From Candidatus Methanofastidiosum methylothiophilum (GTDB taxonomy: Archaea; Methanobacteriota_B; Thermococci; Methanofastidiosales; Methanofastidiosaceae), in the NCBI GenBank assembly GCA_001587575.1, contig LNJC01000001.1, forward strand, positions 47,864 to 111,863: a DNA stretch of 64,000 bases, in the 5' to 3' direction. Position numbers and translations under genes: made by a program. Shown here piece by piece: positions 46,488 through 56,538 of the stretch; positions within the stretch are counted from its first letter, which is position 1; the number at the start of each line of letters is the position of its first letter. The notes beneath the pieces are model-generated. The model saw only the letters and a list, made by a program, of their open reading frames with translations, did no database searches and was not told the DNA's origin.

Positions 46488-47659
46488 TGAAGATAAATGA
46501 GATAGCATCTAAGATTAACTCAAATTTTGATAAACAAGAAATGATAGATTTCTTATTTAGTCTAATTCAAACTGAAACTGTAAATCCACCAGGAGATGAA
46601 TATCTATTACACGACACCATAATGAAATGTATGAAAGAGATAGGCGCAGAAGTTCAAATAATCTCAAAAGACGAAAAGAGGCCAAACTATATTGGAAAAA
46701 TAGGCAACGGATCTCCTTCTGTTGCTATCATGTCTCATATGGACGTAGTTCCCCCAGGAGAAGGCTGGACACAGCATCCTTTCCAACCATATGAGAAGGA
46801 TGGCAAAATATATGGAAGAGGTGCGCTTGATAACAAAGGCAGTCTTGCAGCATCATGGGCGGGAATAAAAGCATTGATTAAAAGTGGATTAAAGTTCAAA
46901 GGAACTATTTATTTCTGTGCAGTTTCTGATGAGGAGATGGGGTCTCATTTTGGAGTTGAGTATATTGTTGAGAAAGGGTTTAAGCCAGACTATGCGATTG
47001 TTCCAGACAGTGGCTCAATAGACCGGGCAGTCATCGGAGAAAAAGGCGCAGTATGGTTTGATCTTGAAAGTTTTGGCAAGCAATCACACGGCTCAACACC
47101 AGAACTTGGAATCAATGCCATAATAAAAGTATCAAAGTTAATCTCTGATTTTGAAAAATTTGATTTTAATCTTAAATACGATTCTAGATTTACTCCACCA
47201 ACAGTAAATGTGGGAATGATATCTGGTGGAAATGCTCCAAATATAGTTGCTTCAAGGTGTAAAGTAACACTTGACGTAAGATATCCTGTTGGAATATCTG
47301 AGAATATGATTTTAAAAAGAATGTCTGAGGAAATTGATATTTTAAAGAAAAAAGATAAAGACATAGATATAAGAATAGGTGAAGTTACTACAAGGCACTA
47401 CCCTCACATCATAGAACAAAATAGTAAGTTACTTGATGCTTTCAAGAAAACCGCTGAAGAAATTGGGATGCCTATGGAATTTGAAACATCTTCGGGTATA
47501 ACAGTTGCAAAGATTCTAAATTTAAATGGTATACCTGCAATTGCCCATTCCCCTGATTCTGATAAGGCATGGCATATTTCTGACGAATATGTTAAAATAG
47601 AAAATCTGGAAAAATGCGCAGTCTTGTGGGCCTCAGTAATTTATCAGCTTGTGAAGTAG
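46487..47659 (+). CDS. M20-family metallohydrolase (ArgE/LysK/DapE-like deacylase)
   Basis: The metal-ligand motifs HMDVVPPG, the GALDNKG pattern and DEEMGS are present. The start overlaps the upstream kinase stop. Confidence 0.7.
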   Translation: MKINEIASKINSNFDKQEMIDFLFSLIQTETVNPPGDEYLLHDTIMKCMKEIGAEVQIISKDEKRPNYIGKIGNGSPSVAIMSHMDVVPPGEGWTQHPFQPYEKDGKIYGRGALDNKGSLAASWAGIKALIKSGLKFKGTIYFCAVSDEEMGSHFGVEYIVEKGFKPDYAIVPDSGSIDRAVIGEKGAVWFDLESFGKQSHGSTPELGINAIIKVSKLISDFEKFDFNLKYDSRFTPPTVNVGMISGGNAPNIVASRCKVTLDVRYPVGISENMILKRMSEEIDILKKKDKDIDIRIGEVTTRHYPHIIEQNSKLLDAFKKTAEEIGMPMEFETSSGITVAKILNLNGIPAIAHSPDSDKAWHISDEYVKIENLEKCAVLWASVIYQLVK

Positions 47660-47938
47660 TTACCTACTGGCATAGTACTTGTCAACGTAGAATCCATAAT
47701 TTTGCTCTATTTCTTTTTGAACTTCATTTTTAAATTCATCAGCCTTAAGTAGTCCCTTTTCTTCAAGTTTCTTTAATAGAAGGTCCAAAAAGACTTCTTG
47801 GTATGATATTTCAAAAATTATTCTGCCCCTTATTTCATCAGGATGGGCAACTTGAATAGAATAGTCATCATTCATCTCATTCATTAAATCACCAATTGAA
47901 CCTATCAATAAACTTTTAAAAGGTTTCTTATATCTCAT
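47660..47938 (-). CDS. Hypothetical small protein
   Basis: The ORF is clean and has no motif. Confidence 0.35.
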   Translation of the reverse strand: MRYKKPFKSLLIGSIGDLMNEMNDDYSIQVAHPDEIRGRIIFEISYQEVFLDLLLKKLEEKGLLKADEFKNEVQKEIEQNYGFYVDKYYASR

Positions 47939-47964
47939 ATTGTAACAACTATGTACTTCTGGAA

Positions 47965-48435
47965 GTGAAAAGATTGGATTACAAGAAGGAAGGCAAGGAA
48001 ATAATAGAAGGTATAATAATTGCCGTCGTGCTTTACCTAGTCATTAGCTTCACACTTTCATATGCACTGAAAGTTGATAATCCAGTAGCAGTCGTTATTT
48101 CTGGAAGCATGGAGCCTGTCTATTATAGGGGCGATATTATCGTGATTAAAGGAACTGATCCAAGCAGTATACAGATTGGAGACATTGTTGTCTATAAAAG
48201 GCCATACCAAGACATCCCCATAGTACACCGGGCGATTAGCATAATAGAAGAGGAAGGAACCTTATATTTTGTTACCAAAGGAGACAATAATCCTTTCGAA
48301 GATTCTTATTTTGAAAACGGCAAAAAACTTCCAGGGGTACCTGAATATGCTATTCTTGGGAAAAGCATCATGAAGATACCAAAACTTGGGTACGTTACAA
48401 TTTTCTTTAAGCGCCTTATTGGAGTTAGGATATGA
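47965..48435 (+). CDS. Signal peptidase I (archaeal Sec11/S26B type)
   Basis: It has a TM anchor, the catalytic Ser box SGSMEP, and the GDNN motif. Confidence 0.75.
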   Translation: MKRLDYKKEGKEIIEGIIIAVVLYLVISFTLSYALKVDNPVAVVISGSMEPVYYRGDIIVIKGTDPSSIQIGDIVVYKRPYQDIPIVHRAISIIEEEGTLYFVTKGDNNPFEDSYFENGKKLPGVPEYAILGKSIMKIPKLGYVTIFFKRLIGVRI

Positions 48436-48836
48436 GAAGATCCCCTTCACTGGCAGTTGATATCATTATTCTTATTGGTAATAAACTAGTTTTGATAAAA
48501 AGAGAGAATGAACCGTTCAAAGATTGTTTTGCCATTCCCGGAGGATTCGTTGAGTATGGAGAAACAGTTGAAACTGCAGCAATTAGGGAGGCAAAAGAGG
48601 AAACTGGGCTCGATGTTAAAAATCTCTCTTTTTTTAGAGTCTATTCAGATCCTGATAGAGATCCAAGAGGGCACACGATAAGCATAGTTTTTAACGGAGA
48701 AGGAAAAGGAATACCAAAAGCAGGAGACGATGCCAGAGAGCTTTATTTATTTGATTTAGATAAAATACCCGATAATTTAGCTTTTGACCATAACAAGATA
48801 ATCCAAGATTTTTTTGAAAAGTATAAGGTGGGGTAG
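48432..48836 (+). CDS. NUDIX hydrolase
   Basis: The Nudix box is GGFVEYGETVETAAIREAKEETGL. Confidence 0.8.
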   Translation: MRRSPSLAVDIIILIGNKLVLIKRENEPFKDCFAIPGGFVEYGETVETAAIREAKEETGLDVKNLSFFRVYSDPDRDPRGHTISIVFNGEGKGIPKAGDDARELYLFDLDKIPDNLAFDHNKIIQDFFEKYKVG

Positions 48837-48868
48837 CTATAATTGATAATACTAATATCTCTGAAATC

Positions 48869-49495
48869 TTGAGGATATTAAGAGAAGAGATAAAGAAGTT
48901 CTCAGTTCCTATTGTTTCTGAAGTCGCAGCAGATAGAGACCCTTACAAAGTCTTGATATCTTGTGTATTGAGTCTTAGAACTAAGGATGAAGTTACAAAG
49001 ACGGCATCTCTTAAACTTTTTCAACATGCCGACACCCCTCAAAAGATGATTAATCTAAATGAAACACAGATTCAGAAACTGGTATACCCTGTTGGATTCT
49101 ATAAAACAAAGGCAAAAAGGATTATTGAGATGTCTCACAGGATATTGGAAGATTATGATGGGAAAGTCCCTGATACAATAGATGAACTATTGAAATTAAA
49201 GGGCGTTGGTAGAAAGACGGCAAATATTGTCATAACACTTGGATACGGAAAACCCGGAGTTTGTGTCGACACACATGTGCACAGGATTTCAAACAGGTGG
49301 GGCTATGTCAAAACAAAAAATCCATTTCAGACCGAGTTTGCATTAAGAGAAAAACTTCCAGAAGAACATTGGATTGAATACAATGATATTCTTGTAACAT
49401 ATGGGCAAAATGTATGTGCCCCTATAAGTCCAAAATGCAGCATCTGCACCATAGAAAAATACTGTCCAAAAATAGGTGTATTAAAGCACAGATAG
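48869..49495 (+). CDS. nth: Endonuclease III (HhH-GPD glycosylase with a 4Fe-4S cluster)
   Basis: It has the HhH motif LKGVGRKTANIV, a catalytic Asp region, and the C-terminal cluster CxxxxxxCxxCxxxxxC. Confidence 0.8.
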   Translation: MRILREEIKKFSVPIVSEVAADRDPYKVLISCVLSLRTKDEVTKTASLKLFQHADTPQKMINLNETQIQKLVYPVGFYKTKAKRIIEMSHRILEDYDGKVPDTIDELLKLKGVGRKTANIVITLGYGKPGVCVDTHVHRISNRWGYVKTKNPFQTEFALREKLPEEHWIEYNDILVTYGQNVCAPISPKCSICTIEKYCPKIGVLKHR

Positions 49496-49541
49496 TTTAA
49501 AATACATTTAAATAAAAGTTTATATAAAAAAACTGATACAT

Positions 49542-50632
49542 ATGAGATATAAATTTTTAATCATATTATTATTCTTTGGAATTTTAATTATGTTCTTATG
49601 CTTATCAGAATTTATTCCTGTTTCAACACCAGTAATTAGAGGACAAGATGGAAAAATATTGGAGAATAGTGTAACAATGCTTGAAAAAATTGAGATTGGT
49701 GGAATGGAACAATGGATTCTAATTAGAGGCAACGATATTTCTAATCCAGTCTTGCTTTGGCTTCATGGTGGACCTGGAGCTTCTCAGATGAGTGTTTCCC
49801 AATACTTTAACGGAGATTTAGAAAAGGATTTTATTGTAGTTCACTGGGACCAAAGAGGCGCAGGTAAATCAAATCCAAGTAATTTTAATGAAAAAACAAT
49901 GACTATTGAACAATATGTATCCGACACACATGAATTAACTATATATTTAAAGAATAAATTTGGTAAAGAGAAAATATACCTTCTTGGCCATTCTTGGGGG
50001 GCTTTGCTTGGTATTGAAACTGTTAAAAATTATCCTGAAGATTATTATGCTTATATTGGAGTCAGTCAACCAGTTTCAAATGATATTATTTCTCAAAGTA
50101 TCTCATATGAGTGGCTCTCACAACAAATGCTAGCTAAGGGAAATCAAAAAGAATTAAAAAAGCTTAAAGATTTGGGAGAAATTCCTTATATAGATCATGA
50201 TAATTATGTTAAATTTGCTAATATGGTAAGTTCTTATGGGGGGGTATGGACTTAGATACCTTGCAGTTGGCCCTTATCTCCATTAGGTCCAAAGAGTATC
50301 GTTTGAGTGATTACTTGAAATGGCTTAAAGGTGCCAAAAGAGGCAGCGGGCCAATGTGGGAATCATATAGAATGTGGAATTCATTTAGGGAGGTGCCTAG
50401 AATAGACGTTCCTGTGTATTTCTTTTCTGGAAAGAACGATTATAACACACCACTCAAACTTGTTCAAGAGTATTACAGTAAATTGGAAGCCCCAAAAGGG
50501 AAAAAACTAATTATTTTTTATAATTCTGCTCATGCCCCATTCATGAAAGAATCTTTTGAATTTAATAGTGAAGTTATTAAAGTAAAGCAAGAAACTTATG
50601 ATAAGTGCAATAGTGGGCCCGCTGAGATTTGA
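49542..50632 (+). pseudogene. Alpha/beta-hydrolase (prolyl aminopeptidase-like) gene split by a -1 frameshift in a G7 homopolymer at 50238-50244
   Basis: ORF 49542-50255 carries GHSWGA (the nucleophile elbow), and ORF 50246-50632 carries the C-terminal SAHAPF (catalytic His). Inserting one G fuses them into a single ~365-aa protein. Confidence 0.6.
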
Positions 50633-50688
50633 ACTCAGGACCTCCCGGTTATCAGCCGGACGCTATAACCAATCTAAGCCACGGGCCC
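50614..50688 (-). tRNA. tRNA-Ile (anticodon GAT)
   Basis: The reverse complement GGGCCCGTGGCTTAGATTGGTTATAGCGTCCGGCTGATAACCGGGAGGTCCTGAGTTCAAATCTCAGCGGGCCCA is 75 nt long. It has a 7-bp acceptor stem, the anticodon loop CTGATAA and the T-loop TTCAAAT. Confidence 0.85.
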
Positions 50689-50745
50689 ATGTATATCACG
50701 GAAATATTAACAACGTATTTAAGATTTTCGTTCATATATGTAGTT

Positions 50746-51264
50746 ATGAAGCTTTTGGTCACAGGAGTTCCCGGTACAGGTAAGACCCTTATATCAAAAA
50801 AACTAGCCGAGTTATTAAATTTGGAATATATCAACTCTGGCGAGTATGCGAAAGATAATTTTGATTTTCCAGTTGAAGAAGAAGAGATTATAATAGATGA
50901 AGTTCAAATGGGAAACAAACTGGAAGAACGTGAAAACATTATTATTGATTCTCACATCCCCTTCAAAGCGGACAAAGCCATTATCTTAAGGTGTAATCCT
51001 CCTATACTCTTGGAGAGGTTACGTGAAAGGAGGTATAGTGAAGATAAAATAAAAGATAACTTGCTATCAGAGATCCTTGATTATGAAATATATGCTGTAA
51101 AGGAGCTCTTTAGTGAAGAAGATATTTATGAAGTTTTGAGTGAAAGTGTTGAAGACACAATTAAAGAAATAATTGATATAATTAAAGGCAAGGGTAAATC
51201 TCTAAAAAATGGAAATCATTTTAATTTTCTTACTGAAGATAATATATTTTTGATAGAAAAGTAA
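50746..51264 (+). CDS. Putative adenylate kinase / NTPase (Fap7/AK6-like)
   Basis: The P-loop MKLLVTGVPGTGKT at the ATG at 50746 marks the start. The ORF-track N-terminal extension from 50629 overlaps tRNA-Ile and is rejected. Confidence 0.6.
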   Translation: MKLLVTGVPGTGKTLISKKLAELLNLEYINSGEYAKDNFDFPVEEEEIIIDEVQMGNKLEERENIIIDSHIPFKADKAIILRCNPPILLERLRERRYSEDKIKDNLLSEILDYEIYAVKELFSEEDIYEVLSESVEDTIKEIIDIIKGKGKSLKNGNHFNFLTEDNIFLIEK

Positions 51265-51338
51265 AATATTTTTTTATATTTTAGAAATCACAAGTTTTAT
51301 AAGTTATAAAGTCGTAGAAGTATAGGGGAGGTATAGTT

Positions 51339-52718
51339 ATGGACCTCGTTATTAAAAACGGAACGATAGTTACCGCGACAGATATGTATGAGGCAGACAT
51401 TGGTATTGAAGGCGAAAAGATTGCTGCTATTGGTAAGGAGCTTTCAGGCTCTAAGGAAATTGATGCGAAGGGAATGATGATTTTCCCGGGATTTATAGAT
51501 GTGCATACGCATATTGAAATGCCTTTTATGGGCACATATTCTTCTGACACTTGGGAAACAGGGACTAGGGCCGCGGCCTTTGGTGGAACAACATGTGTCG
51601 TTGATTTTATAATTCAATCAAAGGGTGGAACTCTAAAAGCCGCTCTAGAAGAATGGAACAAAAGAGCAACTGGAAACGCATACATCGATTATGGATACCA
51701 CATGGCAATGACAGATGTAAATGACGATACCCTAAAAGAAATGGAGACGATGATATTAGAGGAAGGGATCCCAAGTTTTAAACTATTCTTTGCTTACAAA
51801 GGGGCACTTATGGTAGATGACGATGCATTCTACAAGGCTCTTGAAAAAGCCGGCGAATTTGGAGGTTTAATAATGCTTCATGCCGAAAACGGCCATATCA
51901 TAGATTTATACACAAAGAGACTCTTGGCAGAAAATAAGACAGAGCCAATGTACCACGCCGTTTCAAGACCGTCAATTCTTGAAGGCGAAGCATGTCAGAG
52001 GGCAATTACTCTTGCAGAACTTGCAGAAGCACCACTCTATATAGTTCACAACTCTTGCCTTGAAGCAGTTGAAGCAATTCATGAGGGAAGGGAAAGAGGA
52101 CTTCCAATTTATGGAGAGACATGCCCGCAGTATCTAACTCTTGATGAAGAAAGGTACACTGAGCCCGACTTTAACGGTGCAAAGTATGTTATGTCACCAC
52201 CATTACGATCAGAGTTTGACCAAGACGCACTGTGGTTTGCAATTGAGAGAGGCGATCTTCAAGTAATATCGACAGACCACTGTCCATTCTTCTTCAAAGG
52301 ACAGAAGGAGATGGGAAAAGAAAACTTTGCAAAAATACCAAACGGTGCTCCTGGACTTGAAACAAGGATGGCGGTAATGTATACAGCTGGAGTCCTTGAA
52401 GATTGGATAACAATTAATAAGTTTATTGAGCTTAACTCAACAAATCCTGCCAAACTTTTTGGATTATTCCCACAAAAAGGAACAATAGCAGTTGGGTCAG
52501 ATGCAGACATAGTGATATTTGATCCTGAGAAAGAAGTCACAATATCTGTGAAAAACCTTCACCAGAATACTGATTATACCCCTTGGGAGGGAATGGTAGT
52601 AAAAGGTTACCCAGTCACAGTATTGTCAAGAGGAAAACCAGTAGTCGAAGATGGCAAACTGACCGGCGAAAAAGGATGGGGCAAATTCGTAAAGAGGGAT
52701 AGATTCTATCCATTGTAA
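51339..52718 (+). CDS. Dihydropyrimidinase / D-hydantoinase (cyclic amidohydrolase)
   Basis: The metal-binding motifs FIDVHTHIEMPF, the carbamylated-Lys region and LMLHAENG are present in a 459-aa protein. Confidence 0.8.
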   Translation: MDLVIKNGTIVTATDMYEADIGIEGEKIAAIGKELSGSKEIDAKGMMIFPGFIDVHTHIEMPFMGTYSSDTWETGTRAAAFGGTTCVVDFIIQSKGGTLKAALEEWNKRATGNAYIDYGYHMAMTDVNDDTLKEMETMILEEGIPSFKLFFAYKGALMVDDDAFYKALEKAGEFGGLIMLHAENGHIIDLYTKRLLAENKTEPMYHAVSRPSILEGEACQRAITLAELAEAPLYIVHNSCLEAVEAIHEGRERGLPIYGETCPQYLTLDEERYTEPDFNGAKYVMSPPLRSEFDQDALWFAIERGDLQVISTDHCPFFFKGQKEMGKENFAKIPNGAPGLETRMAVMYTAGVLEDWITINKFIELNSTNPAKLFGLFPQKGTIAVGSDADIVIFDPEKEVTISVKNLHQNTDYTPWEGMVVKGYPVTVLSRGKPVVEDGKLTGEKGWGKFVKRDRFYPL

Positions 52719-52888
52719 ACTTATTAATTTTTATTTTATTTTTAAAATACCGATTTTTCCTTGGATATTTGACTAATTAATTAAGCATTATTAAACTATT
52801 TTCTATATATTCCAAGTTATAATCGAAAGTTATATAAATCTCTAAACAAATTAAGTAACTGTGCCTATTAGGATATAGGAGGCCTTTT

Positions 52889-54220
52889 ATGGAAGATTTT
52901 GCACAGATGGAAAAAGAATATGTCATGAGATCTTGGTCATGCCAAGCAGACGTCAAAGTCAACATGATAGAGAAGGCAGACGGAATATACTTCTGGGATA
53001 AATCAGGCAAAAGATATTCAGACTTCTCTTCCCAGCTTATGAGTACAAGCTGTGGTCACAATGTAAAAGAAATAAATGATGGTATTATTGAGCAGCTTAA
53101 TAAATATGCGTACATTGGCCCAGGGCTTGGGAGCGAAGCAAGGGCAAAACTTGGAAAAATGGTAGCAGACATAGCTGGTCCAAATTTTAAGAGAACATTC
53201 TTTTCTTCAAGTGGTACCGAAGCAAACGAAGCTGCAGTTAAAGCTGCAAAATGGTACACAGGGAAATATAAGATTATCTCCCGTTACCAATCCTATCACG
53301 GGGCAACTGGTATAGCCATGATGCTAACAGGAGACCCAAGGAGATATCCAAATGAGCCAGGTTATCCCGGCATATTGCACGGCCCAGACTGTTACTGTTA
53401 CAGATGTCCATTCAAGATGGAATACCCAAGCTGTGACATAATGTGCGCTAGATATATTGGTGACATGATTAGATTTGAAGCAAAAGAAACAGTCGCAGCT
53501 GTAATAGCTGAGCCCATTGTCGGTTCAAATGGTATCATACCACCTGTTAAGGAATACTTCCCAATGCTAAGGGAGATTTGTGATGAATACAATGTAGTCT
53601 TAATCGCTGATGAAGTCATGACTGGATTTGGTAGAACTGGAAAATGGTTTGCAGTTGAACACTACAAGTTCCAGCCAGATATAATTACATCTGCCAAGAA
53701 CCTATCTGCAACTTATGTCCCGTTGGGTGGAACAACTTACTCAAAGAAAATTTCTGACTACTTTGAAGACCACTGGTTTGTCGAAGGCCATACATACGCA
53801 GGTCATCCACTTGCATGTGCCGCCGGAGTTGCAACAATAGAATATATGAAGAAAAATAAACTAGTTGAAAATGCGGCAAAGATGGAGAAGGTAATGGAGA
53901 AGAGATTGAACGAGATAAAGGCAGACCACAAATCAGTAGGAGATGTAAGGGGAAAAGGTCTTTTCTGGGGAATTGAACTGATCAAAAACACAAAGACAAA
54001 AGAGCAGGCAGGAACAAGAGAAGAGAAGTTCATGAGAGGACATGCACCAATACCTGCAAAGGTAGCAGGGGAATGCATGAAGAACGGAGTATTCTTCTTA
54101 CAGATGGTTTCGACACTCTTATTTGCACCACCTCTAAGTATCAATGAAAAACAGATAAACGAAGCCCTTGATGTTGTTGACAAAGCTCTTGAGATCTCTG
54201 ACAAGGAAGTCGTGAAATAA
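52889..54220 (+). CDS. Class III (omega) PLP-dependent aminotransferase
   Basis: The motifs IADEVMTGFGRTGKWF and TSAKNLSATYVPLG (PLP Lys) are present. Confidence 0.8.
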   Translation: MEDFAQMEKEYVMRSWSCQADVKVNMIEKADGIYFWDKSGKRYSDFSSQLMSTSCGHNVKEINDGIIEQLNKYAYIGPGLGSEARAKLGKMVADIAGPNFKRTFFSSSGTEANEAAVKAAKWYTGKYKIISRYQSYHGATGIAMMLTGDPRRYPNEPGYPGILHGPDCYCYRCPFKMEYPSCDIMCARYIGDMIRFEAKETVAAVIAEPIVGSNGIIPPVKEYFPMLREICDEYNVVLIADEVMTGFGRTGKWFAVEHYKFQPDIITSAKNLSATYVPLGGTTYSKKISDYFEDHWFVEGHTYAGHPLACAAGVATIEYMKKNKLVENAAKMEKVMEKRLNEIKADHKSVGDVRGKGLFWGIELIKNTKTKEQAGTREEKFMRGHAPIPAKVAGECMKNGVFFLQMVSTLLFAPPLSINEKQINEALDVVDKALEISDKEVVK

Positions 54221-54293
54221 TTTTATTTATTTTTTTTATCTTATTTCTTTTATAACACCAAATTTTATATAGGGCCCTTCTAGATTAACTAAC

Positions 54294-54797
54294 ATGGAAA
54301 AATATGCTCTTCTAATCATTAACATGATAAATGAGTATGTCAACGGTAACAAAAAATGTGATAATCCAAAGGAGATAATAGGTCCAATTAAGGAGACTTC
54401 ATCCCTCTTTAGAGAAAATGGATTTCCTGTGATATATATATCAGATTTTGAAAGTAAAAATGATTGTGGAGAGAAAATAATAGATGATCTTGCCCCACAT
54501 GAGGGGGACTTCATCATAAAGAAAAGGAAATACAGTGGATTTTATGAAACTGAGTTGCATGAAATATTGATAAAGAATGAAATAAAGAACCTTGTTTTCT
54601 CTGGGCTTCAGACCTCTCTTTGCGTCAGGCATACAGCTGCAGACGCTTATTATAGAGATTATAAGTGTATCATGTTAACAAATGCATGTTGCGATGTCAA
54701 AAAAGATCTTCACTTAAAATCAATATTATATATAAGGGATTATTACGGCGCAAAGGCAGTGTCCACTATGAATTTCCCTCGTCTTTACTTATCTTAA
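54294..54797 (+). CDS. Isochorismatase-family cysteine hydrolase
   Basis: It shows the catalytic Cys pattern (FSGLQTSLCVRHTAADA). Confidence 0.7.
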   Translation: MEKYALLIINMINEYVNGNKKCDNPKEIIGPIKETSSLFRENGFPVIYISDFESKNDCGEKIIDDLAPHEGDFIIKKRKYSGFYETELHEILIKNEIKNLVFSGLQTSLCVRHTAADAYYRDYKCIMLTNACCDVKKDLHLKSILYIRDYYGAKAVSTMNFPRLYLS

Positions 54798-54809
54798 AGG
54801 AGGAATTAA

Positions 54810-55997
54810 ATGGATGTAGGAGTTATTGGAAAACCAAATGTAGGAAAATCAACTTTTTTTAATGCCGTCACTTTAGGTGGGGCAGAAATTGCAAATTATC
54901 CTTTTACTACGATTGATTCAAATATAGGGGCAACTTATGTTACTTATAACTGCCCATGCAAGGAGCTTCACGTTACATGCTCCCCCCAAAATTCAAAGTG
55001 TGTTGATGGAACAAGACTTGTTCCACTAAAGATAATAGATGTTGCGGGCCTTGTAAAAGGCGCCCATACTGGGAGGGGTCTTGGGAATAAATTCTTAAAT
55101 GACCTGTCAAGAGCTGAAACTTTGATTCACATAGTTGATGCTTCTGGCTCAACAGATATAGAAGGAAACCCTGTCCCAATAGGCACTCACAATCCAGTTG
55201 AAGACATTGAATTCTTGGAGGAAGAGATTAATCTTTGGTTCTTTGGTATATTAAACGACAACTGGTTTAGATTTGCAAGAAAGGTCTGCTCTGGGCATCA
55301 TGATTTCTGTAAGATTGTTGCCGAGCAGTTTACTGGAATTGGAATAACTGAAGGAAATGTCATAGCATCAATTAGAGAGACTGGTCTAAATCCCGAGCAG
55401 TGCATACACTGGAAGGACGAGGAGCTCTTGATATTTGCTAGATCCCTAAGAAAAATATCAAAACCAATAACTATAGTCTTAAATAAAGTAGATATCGCCC
55501 CATTAGAAAACATCAAAGCATTAAAAGAAAAGCTTGGAAACGTATATACAGTAAGTGCTGAAGCTGAACTTGTCTTAAGGAAAGCTGCAAATGCTGGACT
55601 TGTCAAATATGTCCCTTCCCAGAAGTCATTTGAGATAACTGGAAATCTAAATGATAAGCAGAAAGAGGCCCTGAATAGAATAAAGAGCTTCATGGAAAAA
55701 AATGACGGAACAGGAGTTCAGAACGTTATTAATGAGGTCGTGTTTAACATTCTGGGGAAGATAGTTGTATACCCTGTTGAAGATGAGTCCCACATGAAGG
55801 ATGGTAGGGGCAATATTTTACCTGATGCATATCTAATGGAAAAAGGCTCTACACCAAGGGATTTGGCCTTTAGAATACATACAGATATAGGAAAAAATTT
55901 CCTATACGCAGTAAATGCAAGAACTAAAATGAGAATAAAGGATGATTACGAACTTCAAAATGGGGACATCATCAAGATAGTTTCAGCTGCAAGATAG
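54810..55997 (+). CDS. Obg-like ATPase/GTPase of the YchF/OLA1 family with a C-terminal TGS domain
   Basis: The G1 motif GKPNVGKSTFFNA, the G3 motif DVAGLV and a C-terminal TGS-like region (NGDIIKIV) are present. Confidence 0.7.
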   Translation: MDVGVIGKPNVGKSTFFNAVTLGGAEIANYPFTTIDSNIGATYVTYNCPCKELHVTCSPQNSKCVDGTRLVPLKIIDVAGLVKGAHTGRGLGNKFLNDLSRAETLIHIVDASGSTDIEGNPVPIGTHNPVEDIEFLEEEINLWFFGILNDNWFRFARKVCSGHHDFCKIVAEQFTGIGITEGNVIASIRETGLNPEQCIHWKDEELLIFARSLRKISKPITIVLNKVDIAPLENIKALKEKLGNVYTVSAEAELVLRKAANAGLVKYVPSQKSFEITGNLNDKQKEALNRIKSFMEKNDGTGVQNVINEVVFNILGKIVVYPVEDESHMKDGRGNILPDAYLMEKGSTPRDLAFRIHTDIGKNFLYAVNARTKMRIKDDYELQNGDIIKIVSAAR

Positions 55998-55999
55998 AA

Positions 56000-56515
56000 C
56001 TAAATAAGTTCATCAAGAGGTATATCAACAAACTTGTTTAACTTTGGGAGCATATGTCTTGTAGTCTTTGGTGGAAAAAGTTCTCCTCGCCTTGCAGTCT
56101 TTACAACTTCTTCTTTTGTCACCCTCTTTGGAACTAAAATCGCACCGGCCTTTTCAGAGTATAGAAGCCAGTATGCCTTCTTTAAAGTCTTTTCGTACCT
56201 AACTGTCATCCCGTTTTTTTCCAATATCTCAACTATTTTACCAACGTCCCCGTATATAACTGGAAACCACTGGCCGAGCTTTATCTCTGGGTCATTGTAG
56301 TCAACAAGAAGACATGGAACCTTCTTACATCCAAGCCTTTTTGCAGCTTCAAATCTGTGGTGGCCATCGAGAATTGTCATAGTATTTGCATCTACTATGA
56401 TAGCAACAGAGAATTTTTTCTCTCTCTCTATCTTAATCATCAATCTGTTAAGAACACTTGGAACAATGCGCTCATGAGTATTCAGTTTTTCAATCTCGAT
56501 GTACTCTATATCCAT
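56000..56515 (-). CDS. ParB/Srx-fold (ParB-like nuclease domain) protein
   Basis: The motif ILDGHHRFEAAKRLG matches the ParB-like fold. It lies immediately downstream of hypF. Confidence 0.55.
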   Translation of the reverse strand: MDIEYIEIEKLNTHERIVPSVLNRLMIKIEREKKFSVAIIVDANTMTILDGHHRFEAAKRLGCKKVPCLLVDYNDPEIKLGQWFPVIYGDVGKIVEILEKNGMTVRYEKTLKKAYWLLYSEKAGAILVPKRVTKEEVVKTARRGELFPPKTTRHMLPKLNKFVDIPLDELI

Positions 56516-56538
56516 ACATAGATACTTGAATTAAAATC

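Noticed and set aside
50598-50783. 61-aa ORF (plus strand), and the N-terminal extension of the 50629-51264 ORF
   Set aside because: Both read through tRNA-Ile on the opposite strand. The kinase-like gene has a clean P-loop start at 50746.
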